This document shows positions 49,226-57,521 of a stretch of DNA of 58,591 nt, piece after piece. A program made the position numbers and the translations under genes. Positions within the stretch are counted from its first letter, which is position 1, and the number at the start of each line of letters is the position of its first letter. The notes beneath the pieces were generated by a model. The model had not been told where the DNA came from. It did no database searches and saw only the letters and a program-made list of their open reading frames with translations. The stretch lies in IMG/VR virus record IMGVR_UViG_3300029624_000135, positions 1 to 58,591 of that record; one strand, written 5' to 3'. The DNA comes from a virus (lineage: Duplodnaviria; Caudoviricetes).

Positions 49226-49338
49226 ACTCTTTCATTTTTGTTTTGGTCTTTAAGTGTTATATTGAAGAAGAACATACCCACCATTCTTGCGATGATGTAA
49301 AAAGCTATTAGCAATATGTCCTTCCAGATTTCCATTTT

Positions 49339-49719
49339 TTAATACCATTTTCCATACATGGCACCGGGATGCCCGTATATCATTTCATCAACATCTTCCT
49401 TCATGGCCAATGCTTCTTGATTTCTTTTCTCTTCCTCCAACTTCTGGATTCTCTTTACCTCGTTTTGTATCAATTGATTCATGCAATAGATTTGCATTTC
49501 CGTTGGCTCAAAAGATACCCACTCCCCATTCTTCATTTTTCCAAACTCATCAACTATGAGATCGTGACCTTCAACCTGGTTGCCATAGAAACTGATGGAG
49601 TAGTCATGGTTCCTTGCCATAAACCCTACAGTTCCCAAATCATCCCCTGTATCACACTCGATACCGTCCATTACGGATTCAAAAACACTTTGTTCTATGT
49701 TTTGAATTTTTCCCATCAC
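49339..49719 (-). CDS. Hypothetical early protein
   Basis: ORF in operon. Confidence 0.6.
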   Translation of the reverse strand: MMGKIQNIEQSVFESVMDGIECDTGDDLGTVGFMARNHDYSISFYGNQVEGHDLIVDEFGKMKNGEWVSFEPTEMQIYCMNQLIQNEVKRIQKLEEEKRNQEALAMKEDVDEMIYGHPGAMYGKWY

Positions 49720-50021
49720 TTCTTTTGGATTTTTTGAAGAGTCAATGCTTTTACCACTTCTATTGTATTATCAATGGGCACGGCATAACCATCAAGGTTC
49801 CTCACTTTGAGGTTATCAATTGATATTGTGGTGATTCCTACACCGTTAAATACTTCTTCTGAATAGGTTAGGTCGAAAACCAGTAGGACAGGATGCCCTG
49901 TGCTCAATATTGATTCTGTTTCAACTCCTTTTAGGACCAAAAAACTTTCACCTTTGGTCAAATCGACCCAAATAGTTGGGATTTGTTCGATTTGTACCTG
50001 TAATAATTCCAAGGTTTCCAT
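49716..50021 (-). CDS. First gene of the early lytic operon, hypothetical
   Basis: Likely ATG at 50021, downstream of the promoter. Confidence 0.6.
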   Translation of the reverse strand: METLELLQVQIEQIPTIWVDLTKGESFLVLKGVETESILSTGHPVLLVFDLTYSEEVFNGVGITTISIDNLKVRNLDGYAVPIDNTIEVVKALTLQKIQKK

Positions 50022-50054
50022 ATATTTGGGCTTTCGTGTTATTGTTATACAACA

Positions 50055-50098
50055 CAAATATATATACTATGAAAGTATTGTGCAAGTATTTTGATAGT
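50055..50098 (-). promoter_or_regulatory. Early lytic promoter (TATATTTG) with AATACTT direct-repeat operator
   Basis: Divergent from the repressor; matches 29357-29400. Confidence 0.72.
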
Positions 50099-50135
50099 TT
50101 TACGGAATTATTTTTTAAGTAAATTCGATTCTAGT

Positions 50136-50603
50136 TTGGATACATTAGGATATAGACTTCAGAAATTGATTGATTCCAAGGGCATTACACCCTATGAGGT
50201 CAGTAAGGAAACAGGTGTTCCCGAATCTACATTGAGTAGAATTTTAACAAAAGGGTCCAAACCCAATAAAAAGAATCGCGATAAACTTGCTGATTACTTT
50301 CAAGTATCCCCGGAATACTTGCTAACGGGCTATGAGAGTATTTCCCTTATAAAGGACAACATTAAAATTGATGATAGCCTTTTTGACCGTAAAGAAGAAT
50401 TTAGGTCGATTGTGTTCTATATGAGCGAGAACATGGAAAAGTTGATGCAGGATGAAGTTTTCAAAATGTTTATTGATAGGATAAAATCAGAGGGAAGAGC
50501 CGAGTTAAGGGTAGAATTGGCCAAAGAATTTGATGCAGAAGCAGAAAAGGAAAAGTCAATAATAAAAAACAGCCTATCACAAGAGGAAAGCAATAGCAAA
50601 TAA
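50136..50603 (+). CDS. CI-like XRE HTH repressor lacking an S24 peptidase domain
   Basis: ITPYEVSKETGVPESTLSRI HTH, YLLTG; divergent from the lytic operon; start uncertain (TTG 50136 or 50091). Confidence 0.85.
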   Translation: MDTLGYRLQKLIDSKGITPYEVSKETGVPESTLSRILTKGSKPNKKNRDKLADYFQVSPEYLLTGYESISLIKDNIKIDDSLFDRKEEFRSIVFYMSENMEKLMQDEVFKMFIDRIKSEGRAELRVELAKEFDAEAEKEKSIIKNSLSQEESNSK

Positions 50604-50614
50604 CCAGACTCCAA

Positions 50615-50875
50615 CTAAGATATCCTCAGCAATCCTACTTCCAAAGCTTCGTTGTTGGTCAAATGATTACCTTCTTCCACCTTGTTTCTTATAGACCTTA
50701 CCTTAACATAATTATCTGTTGAATGTTTTAGCCTGACAACGCTCATTGATTCTTTTTCACGGGCATTTTCCAGAGACTCCTTTAAATCCCTAAGAGCTTT
50801 ATAATAAGAACTGTTCGACAGCCTTTGAAGATTGCTGTCGATATTACCTTTATTTTTTTTATTTTTACTGGACAT
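50615..50875 (-). CDS. Small basic cytoplasmic protein (cassette gene 3)
   Basis: Likely ATG at 50875, just after the membrane gene stop; 86 aa. Confidence 0.65.
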   Translation of the reverse strand: MSSKNKKNKGNIDSNLQRLSNSSYYKALRDLKESLENAREKESMSVVRLKHSTDNYVKVRSIRNKVEEGNHLTNNEALEVGLLRIS

Positions 50876-50882
50876 TTTAATT

Positions 50883-51641
50883 TTATTCAGCAATTTCCTC
50901 AGCCTTGTCATATAATCTGGTATCAAATTCTTTACTATCTTTTTTAACCTGCTCCTGGTATTCTTCATTGTAGAGGTCCTTTCCAATAGCGCGCTTCAAT
51001 TGCCTCATATAATGAACTTCCTTTATTTCAACAAAGAACTCTATTACGCTCTCACGTAGCTTTTTCAATTTCGAAACCTCATTGAACCATCCATTAACCA
51101 GTATCCTAGTTGCAATTGTTGATAGAACCGAAATGATTACAATGGACAGATAGTACATATACCTTGGGAAATCACCACCAGTCTTATATGCCCATATCGT
51201 CCAAACTATAAAGTAAAGGGCGGTAAACTCGAAAAATGTACCAGCGACCATAAATCCAGTCCTGAAATTTCGTTGAGTAATGTGCTTTGCAGAAAAAAGC
51301 AAGAACAGGGATGCAACGAACAATGATACTGGAAGTCCTACAGCGAACATAAACCTACGCTGGTTTGTAAAGCCCAAGAATTTATACTTCTCTTTGAGCT
51401 CAACCTTTTTGGCCCTATAATCGTCAACACTAATTGAACCGTTTTCAAAATCTACTTCCAACTGAAGCTTTTCAGGTGCAGTTTTAGGATAGATTATATG
51501 AACAAAAGGTGCTATGGCTCCAGCCGTAGCACCTAATATCAATAAAAATAAAATAAGTCTCTTCTTAACCGTTACCCCTATCGTCTGGATCCTCCACCTC
51601 GTCAGGGTCGACTGTTTGTAATTCTGGTTCTGATTCTCCAT
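50883..51641 (-). CDS. 4-TM membrane protein with extracytoplasmic loop and helical C-terminal tail (cassette gene 2)
   Basis: Four hydrophobic segments; start uncertain. Confidence 0.75.
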   Translation of the reverse strand: MENQNQNYKQSTLTRWRIQTIGVTVKKRLILFLLILGATAGAIAPFVHIIYPKTAPEKLQLEVDFENGSISVDDYRAKKVELKEKYKFLGFTNQRRFMFAVGLPVSLFVASLFLLFSAKHITQRNFRTGFMVAGTFFEFTALYFIVWTIWAYKTGGDFPRYMYYLSIVIISVLSTIATRILVNGWFNEVSKLKKLRESVIEFFVEIKEVHYMRQLKRAIGKDLYNEEYQEQVKKDSKEFDTRLYDKAEEIAE

Positions 51642-51741
51642 ATTGAATTATCTCTACTTGTTCATCTGTGGATTCCACTTCACAGGATTGAAAAACTACT
51701 GTTGCTACAATTAGCGCCAAAAGATAAACTAACTTTTTCAT
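51565..51741 (-). CDS. 58-aa acidic lipopeptide precursor (cassette gene 1; not in ORF track)
   Basis: MKKLVYLLALIVATVVFQS-CEVESTDEQVEIIQYGESEPELQTVDPDEVEDPDDRGNG; SPII lipobox; A-rich translation initiation region. Confidence 0.82.
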   Translation of the reverse strand: MKKLVYLLALIVATVVFQSCEVESTDEQVEIIQYGESEPELQTVDPDEVEDPDDRGNG

Positions 51742-51796
51742 GATTTTAAGATTAAATGGTTTATAAATGAACCTTAATCTACCTTAAAATCAGATG

Positions 51797-51828
51797 CTTG
51801 ATGAAAGACTTGCCAATCTTTTATCAAG
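51797..51828. promoter_or_regulatory. 12-bp inverted repeat upstream of the lipopeptide gene
   Basis: CTTGATGAAAGA-N8-TCTTTTATCAAG (11/12 match). Confidence 0.5.
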
Positions 51829-52019
51829 AAGTTTATGAACATTTGAGCGCACAAGATAATAGGATTATTTTAAATTCGCATTGAGTGAAAGCCATATAAA
51901 AACTATGGAAAAACCCCAATTGGTGGTGGTTGTCGAAAAAGCAGTACATATAGTCGATGGCTTAATGTTAAAATTTTACGAAAGAGAAAACCATCAATAT
52001 TTTTTTTGACATTTACTAC

Positions 52020-52544
52020 ATGAAAAAAATACTTTTTACCATCATTTTACTATCATTCAACCTTTTGTTTTCACAAGAACTAATAAAAACAACAACCGAT
52101 GAATTCACAGGTAGTATTGAAATATCGACTAGTTGGGAGGTTCTTTTCAGAAAAGGCATGACCCCAAGTGTCTGTAAATACCGTTTCAACAATGTCGATG
52201 GAAAACTGAGGCTCGAGGTTAGATTGGTTGTTAATGGAGGGGAAGTCTTCGCTGTGGATGAAACCATGGCCATTTCCTTTTTGATGGATAATAAAGAAGT
52301 TGTGGAATTTTATCCTAATGGTGTATTCATCGCTAAAAAAGGAGGTGCATCCGATGGTTTTATCGGGTCTAGTAGATGGGGTGCAACGATATATTACCAA
52401 CCATCATCTAACGAAGCATTTAATCTATTGTCAATAGGTACCGTGAAGAAAGTACGTCTCCATACCGACATTGGGTATGTTGAGGACAAATTGAAATCAA
52501 AAGAACAGGAAACTTTGTCCAGGAGCATTTCGCTTATTCTCTAA
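52020..52544 (+). CDS. Exported moron protein
   Basis: Sec signal ending LFSQ; located beside the integrase. Confidence 0.75.
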   Translation: MKKILFTIILLSFNLLFSQELIKTTTDEFTGSIEISTSWEVLFRKGMTPSVCKYRFNNVDGKLRLEVRLVVNGGEVFAVDETMAISFLMDNKEVVEFYPNGVFIAKKGGASDGFIGSSRWGATIYYQPSSNEAFNLLSIGTVKKVRLHTDIGYVEDKLKSKEQETLSRSISLIL

Positions 52545-53776
52545 CCCCAAACCTTTTTCATGCTTTCCTCAACGGTTCGCATGTTGGTTTTTTTGTACTT
52601 CATCAAGGTTTTTGGGTCCCGAATACCGGTAACCTTCATTATGATGTGGTCGGGCATTCCTTTTTCTGATGAAAGTGTAATAAATGTTCTTCTTGCTGTG
52701 TGGCTTCCCACCATCTGATACTTTTTGTAATAAAGAACCTTTTTTTGGTTTCCGCGGTAAACTGTCTCCTTCACCTTTTCCTTGATTCCTGCATCATGGC
52801 ATACTGTTTTTACATGCACATTAAACTTCTGTTCGCTGATTTTGGGAAGCTTCCATTCATACTTTTCCAACAATGCCAGTAACTTATTATGAAGGGGAAT
52901 AAAGCTCTCGTACTCGGTTTTTTCAGCTTTCTTAATGATCATATCACCAACAACATCTGCTTTCTCAAAAACCGAATAATCGGAAAAACGCTGGCCACTA
53001 TAAATACCGATAAGAAACAAGTCCCTTACCCTTTCTAAGGAATCACGCTTTGGTTCCAGTTCCTCCAGCATTCGAACCTCCGAAGCTGTTAAATGCACAT
53101 CCTCTGGTTGGTATTTCTTGACAGGGTTCTTAAGCTTGTCCATATTAAGGTTATGGTGCTTTCCCTGGGCCCAGTTCAAGAAGGTGAACAGGAAGTTGAT
53201 ATTACGATGTAGCGTGTTGTCGTTATGGGGCTTAAATGGCTTCTTTTTGATTTTCCTTAGAAATCCACAATACCTGTCAATCCAATCCTCATCTATATCA
53301 TCCAGACTGAATCCACCATTATGCCCAATGAAGTATTCAATTTTCAACTTTAGGTTGCTGTATTTTTGATTCCATGAGTACGACTGGCCACCAGAACGGT
53401 TCTTGGAGTCGATGAAATCTTGAATGGCATCCACTGGACCAAGTTTCTTCCTTTGGGATTTTGATTTGCCCTTGAAGTGTTTGTCAAATTCACTTTTAAG
53501 TAAATCCTTGGATAGCTTCAGTTCTCGAGTCTGCGAATCACGAATCAATGATTCAAGAAAATCGGCATACTTGGATAGGACCAGTCCGATATGTTTGTTC
53601 TGTTGTCCAGCCGAACCCCTCATGGCCAATGGCATCCTGTTCTCAAAACTCCAATGCTTAGGCGCAATCTTTTGACCGGTACTGTACTTAAAATACTTTT
53701 TCTCATCTTTGATGTAGTAAACCAAGATGATCAATGTCTCTTTTTCGAATTTCGGTTGTTTTAGAAAGAAGTACAT
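52541..53776 (-). CDS. int: Prophage tyrosine integrase
   Basis: SGQRFSD, HTARRTF and catalytic Y; N-terminal arm-binding domain; adjacent to att. Confidence 0.93.
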   Translation of the reverse strand: MYFFLKQPKFEKETLIILVYYIKDEKKYFKYSTGQKIAPKHWSFENRMPLAMRGSAGQQNKHIGLVLSKYADFLESLIRDSQTRELKLSKDLLKSEFDKHFKGKSKSQRKKLGPVDAIQDFIDSKNRSGGQSYSWNQKYSNLKLKIEYFIGHNGGFSLDDIDEDWIDRYCGFLRKIKKKPFKPHNDNTLHRNINFLFTFLNWAQGKHHNLNMDKLKNPVKKYQPEDVHLTASEVRMLEELEPKRDSLERVRDLFLIGIYSGQRFSDYSVFEKADVVGDMIIKKAEKTEYESFIPLHNKLLALLEKYEWKLPKISEQKFNVHVKTVCHDAGIKEKVKETVYRGNQKKVLYYKKYQMVGSHTARRTFITLSSEKGMPDHIIMKVTGIRDPKTLMKYKKTNMRTVEESMKKVWG

Positions 53777-53780
53777 TCAA

Positions 53781-53812
53781 CAAATATAAAATAGTTGAAT
53801 GTATAGTTGAAT
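53781..53812 (-). promoter_or_regulatory. Integrase promoter (TATATTTG, 4 nt before ATG) overlapped by arm-type repeats
   Basis: -7 box 53781-53788; GTTGAAT at 53794 and 53806. Confidence 0.65.
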
Positions 53813-53920
53813 GAAAAATAGTATTAATAGTTGCGTTTTCGTTTCAATAAGGACTATTAATATTGTAAAAATATAGTTTTGATAGTATTTTGAAACGTTT
53901 TTGAAAAGATAAAAAATATA

Positions 53921-53943
53921 GTTCGAATCCCTCTTCCTCCGCT
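53921..53943 (+). repeat. att core, integrase-proximal
   Basis: Identical to 120-142. Confidence 0.95.
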
Positions 53944-53966
53944 GAGAAATAACATCTCAACACATT

Positions 53967-54000
53967 AAACCCTGTAAATCAACAATTTACAGGGTTTTTT
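53967..54000 (+). terminator. Hairpin/terminator after the tRNA 3'-end copy
   Basis: AAACCCTGTAAAT-CAACA-ATTTACAGGGTTT followed by T tract. Confidence 0.7.
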
Positions 54001-54182
54001 ATTTTTTATGATATCAAATAATATCATTTGAAACCATACTTAATAGTGCCCCTTTCGGTGCCCCCTATAGCAACTTCAAAAAGGGGCACCTAATCGCATA
54101 TATTATTCTGTTTATCAAGTATTTACAATAAACTCCTTTTAAATTTTTTTTCATAATTTCAAGGTGTTTAATGTTAAATTAG

Positions 54183-55421
54183 GTGCCACTTATGGTTTCT
54201 CTTCTATTCTATCTCAGGAAATATAAAAAAGATCGTGTTGGCCGGTCAACTATTTATGTCAGAATTACAATTGATGGCAAGCGTTCGGAATTCAGTACTG
54301 GACGCAAGATACACCCCAGTATATGGGACGCGGCGTATGGCAAAGCAATAGGTTTTTCCCAGGAAATAAGGCTATTGAATTCGTATTTAAGCAAAATACG
54401 CACTGACCTTTACCGACATGCGGAGATAGTGAGAGATCGAGATCAAACACTTACCGCGGTGTCACTTAAGGAGTCTTATTTGGGATTGGACAAGCCCAGT
54501 AAAATGCTTTTGGAGATATTTCAAGAACACAATGACAGAGTTAATGAACTGGTAGGAAAAGATTTCGCCCCCGGTACAGCAGAACGATACAGAACAGCAA
54601 AAAGTCATTTGGCCGAATATTTACAGATTGAACTTCGAAAGAAAGATATACCCGTTGTGGATGTGAATCATTCCTTTATTTCCGGTTTCGAATATTATCT
54701 AAAGACAAAAAGAAAGTGCAGCCATAACACGGCCATCAAATATGTGGTGAACTTTAAAAAGATTATTAGAATTGCCTATGCCAATGGTTGGATCAAAACT
54801 GACCCCTTTGCCAATTGGAAAGCACGATTGAAAACGGTCGAGCGGGAATTCCTGACTGATGAAGAGCTTCAACGACTGATGCACCATTCTTTTACTAATG
54901 AACGATTGGAGCATGTAAGGGATTGTTTTGTTTTCTGTTGCTTTACCGGATTAGCCTATGCTGATGTAAAAAAACTGACCCATGATGATTTTGTGATAGG
55001 GATTGACGGAGATCTTTGGATCAACACCAAACGGACCAAGACAAAAACAAAAAGTAACATTCCCGTTCTTCCAACAGCATTGATGATTCTCGAAAAGTAC
55101 GAGCACAGCCCTTTACTTGCAGACAAAAAGGTACTGCCTGTGTTGACCAATCAAAAGATGAATGCTTATTTAAAGGAAATAGCGGATCTAAGCGGAATCA
55201 ATAAACACCTGACCACTCATTTGGCCAGACATACTTTTGCGACCACCGTGACACTTTCCAATGGCGTCTCCATTGAGTCTGTAAGCAAGATGCTGGGGCA
55301 CAAATCACTCCGAACCACGCAACATTATGCAAAAATATTGAACCGAAAGGTCAGTGAAGATATGCAATTGTTAAAAAAGAAATTGAGCTTTCAAGAAAAG
55401 ATCAAGTCAAAAAACGCTTAA
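54183..55421 (+). CDS. int: Bacteroidota-type tyrosine integrase
   Basis: TGLAYAD, HLARHTFAT and LGHKSLRTTQHYAK motifs. Confidence 0.93.
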   Translation: MPLMVSLLFYLRKYKKDRVGRSTIYVRITIDGKRSEFSTGRKIHPSIWDAAYGKAIGFSQEIRLLNSYLSKIRTDLYRHAEIVRDRDQTLTAVSLKESYLGLDKPSKMLLEIFQEHNDRVNELVGKDFAPGTAERYRTAKSHLAEYLQIELRKKDIPVVDVNHSFISGFEYYLKTKRKCSHNTAIKYVVNFKKIIRIAYANGWIKTDPFANWKARLKTVEREFLTDEELQRLMHHSFTNERLEHVRDCFVFCCFTGLAYADVKKLTHDDFVIGIDGDLWINTKRTKTKTKSNIPVLPTALMILEKYEHSPLLADKKVLPVLTNQKMNAYLKEIADLSGINKHLTTHLARHTFATTVTLSNGVSIESVSKMLGHKSLRTTQHYAKILNRKVSEDMQLLKKKLSFQEKIKSKNA

Positions 55422-55433
55422 ACCTTTTGCCCC

Positions 55434-55742
55434 TTGATATTGGCCCTTGTAGAAACATATCAGGAAGAAGAGAATCCAGAAATTTCGTTAGAGCACCGAA
55501 AATTGCTCGATCAGCGTTTGGCCGACCACATAGCTGATCCAGAAGCCGGAAAAGATTGGAAAATCCTAAAATCTGGGCTACACAAGAAATATGGCCTTAA
55601 CAAAGGGGTTTCCGGAAAACCCCTGATGCATTATGTAAATTTCCTTATTTCACAGGGGTTAACATGGTATGAAGTACAAATGGGAAACAAAAAATTAGTG
55701 CGGTTTTTTAAGCCGGTAATATCTTGTTCATTTTTTGACTGA
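55434..55742 (+). pseudogene. Addiction-module antitoxin-like remnant
   Basis: EHRKLLDQRLADH..DP..GKDW resembles the putative addiction module component; poor start, no toxin partner. Confidence 0.45.
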
Positions 55743-55784
55743 TAGGTCGTATTCAAATAGAAATTAATAAAATCACCATTAAAG

Positions 55785-57122
55785 TCACTTAATCTGTTTT
55801 CCCTTTTCCGTTAACCTATATCGTTGCTTACTGCTTTTCGGTTTATCCGGGATTGTCATTTCAATCAATTTTGCATCAATTGCCGGCTGTAAATAATTAT
55901 ATAAAAATGTTGGACGATGCCTCATGTCTAACTTTGTCATTAATTCTGCCGTTGTAGTTTCATCCCTACCCATTACAGAAAGTAATTTTGAAACTTGTTC
56001 GGTAACTTGTTCGGTAACTTGTTCGGTAACTTGTTCGGTGATTTTTTCAGAAGAAGGAAAAGTCATTCTGGTAAAGTTATCCATAAACCGGAAACATTCC
56101 TTTCCGTAACTCTTTAAAATCCGTGGAACGCCAGAGCCCAGTTGCTCTACCAAATCCAAATCCCTGTATATACGCATTAGCTCCTTATTCCTCGGCATAG
56201 AAACGCCTTCAAAAAAATCTTCTTTGCTAAGTCCGTCCGGTAAGGAACCGGCAGATGTTATTTCAATCCTGTCGTCAAATATTTCAAACTTAGGTGGTAC
56301 TTCTCGGGTGTAGTCGTTATGTACTATGGCATTATATATAGCTTCACGCAAGGCTACAGGATTCCATAACTTTCGCTCAATACGTTCTTTTGATGTAATG
56401 GTCGCAAAAGTTGTATTTTCTACTGCAATTTTATCCAGTACACTTTTTGTGGCCTTAATGAGCGAGCAATATCCATATTCATTATTTTCAAGAAGGTCTA
56501 CCCGATCTAGGCCTTTATATTTAGCAACTTTAATAGATACATTGTTCACATCTGCTAAAAGGTAGGCTGCATAGTTAAGGAAACCGTCTTCGGTAAGTAG
56601 TTCTAGATTCTTTTTAAACTGTTTGTTAAGAGGTTTACCATTCTCCTGATAATAGATATGTAGCTGCTCAAAACTTAAGTCCTGACGATGCGATTTTATT
56701 TTTCCTATTGAATTACGGGTACGGCTGGCGAAAAGTTTATCAATCATAGCTTGCGGCATGGGTTCGGCCGCTGTGCCTACACGAATAAAACAGCCTTTTT
56801 CGGTCATGCCGTATTTCTTTTTGAAATAGGGCTTTTCACTTCCACCGGCAACAATAATTTTGATAATGTCTTTACCGTCACGTTCTTCAGCCACTACATC
56901 AAATAAACCCATGGCAGAAGGAGCAATATTGTTTTTGATACGGTCTTTGATTTTAAGCATATCACCGTCAACATCATCTACACCAAGTACTTTCCCATGC
57001 TTATCAATGCCAAAGTAAATTAACCCGCCTTCCAAATAATTGAGGAAAGCAATCACTTCCTTTTCCAAATCCAGGTCTCTGGTTAATTTTTCTTTGTATT
57101 CTATTCTGTTTGTTTCAGACAT
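55785..57122 (-). CDS. AlbA_2 (Schlafen-like) / HATPase_c_4 / wHTH protein
   Basis: ETNRIEYKE, IAFLN..GG..YFGIDK, LREAIYNAIVHNDY, PRN, EQLGSG motifs. Confidence 0.85.
   Translation of the reverse strand: MSETNRIEYKEKLTRDLDLEKEVIAFLNYLEGGLIYFGIDKHGKVLGVDDVDGDMLKIKDRIKNNIAPSAMGLFDVVAEERDGKDIIKIIVAGGSEKPYFKKKYGMTEKGCFIRVGTAAEPMPQAMIDKLFASRTRNSIGKIKSHRQDLSFEQLHIYYQENGKPLNKQFKKNLELLTEDGFLNYAAYLLADVNNVSIKVAKYKGLDRVDLLENNEYGYCSLIKATKSVLDKIAVENTTFATITSKERIERKLWNPVALREAIYNAIVHNDYTREVPPKFEIFDDRIEITSAGSLPDGLSKEDFFEGVSMPRNKELMRIYRDLDLVEQLGSGVPRILKSYGKECFRFMDNFTRMTFPSSEKITEQVTEQVTEQVTEQVSKLLSVMGRDETTTAELMTKLDMRHRPTFLYNYLQPAIDAKLIEMTIPDKPKSSKQRYRLTEKGKQIK
55992..56039. repeat. 4 x 12-bp coding repeat (TEQV linker)
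   Basis: AACTTGTTCGGT x4. Confidence 0.9.
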
Positions 57123-57521
57123 TATCAGTGATTTGATGTAAAAATAATCTTTTATATACACCTACTAGGGTATATGTTTTAATCAATAGAATTCCCCAAG
57201 GCTCTGCCTCGGGTGTAGTAAAGGAAATGTTTGAAAAACGGATGGTTTTTTAAAAAATGATAACATATTGTTCCGTTGAATACCTCGTGGGCTTGCTCCG
57301 AGGATTATTTATTACCAAACAACAGCCATCCCCCGGAGGTATTCACAAAATTAGATTTCAATTCTAAGTCTGATTAAAGTAGTTATTAAGGGGGGCTAAG
57401 GTTTATGGGGAGACCACTTGTCCCCAAATCCCTTACCCCAACTTCAGCGCTCGGATCCTATCCTATTTTTGTAGCAGTTCGGAAAGAAAAGCGTATAACA
57501 AAAATAGGATAGGGCGCTGTC

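Larger units (their letters stand above)
120..53943. mobile_element. Prophage (siphovirus-like), apparently complete
   Basis: Bounded by identical 23-bp repeats; has integrase, repressor, replication, terminase, portal, capsid, tail and lysis genes. Confidence 0.95.

Noticed and set aside
50876-50986. N-terminal extension of ORF 50615-50986
   Set aside because: Overlaps the membrane gene; ATG 50875 right after its stop is more plausible.
50615-51741. Canonical arbitrium (AimR/AimP) or two-component system
   Set aside because: No TPR/RRNPP receptor, histidine kinase or response regulator motifs; any signalling role would need a different mechanism.
55434-55742. Intact toxin-antitoxin module
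   Set aside because: Only an antitoxin-like fragment; no RelE/ParE-like partner follows.
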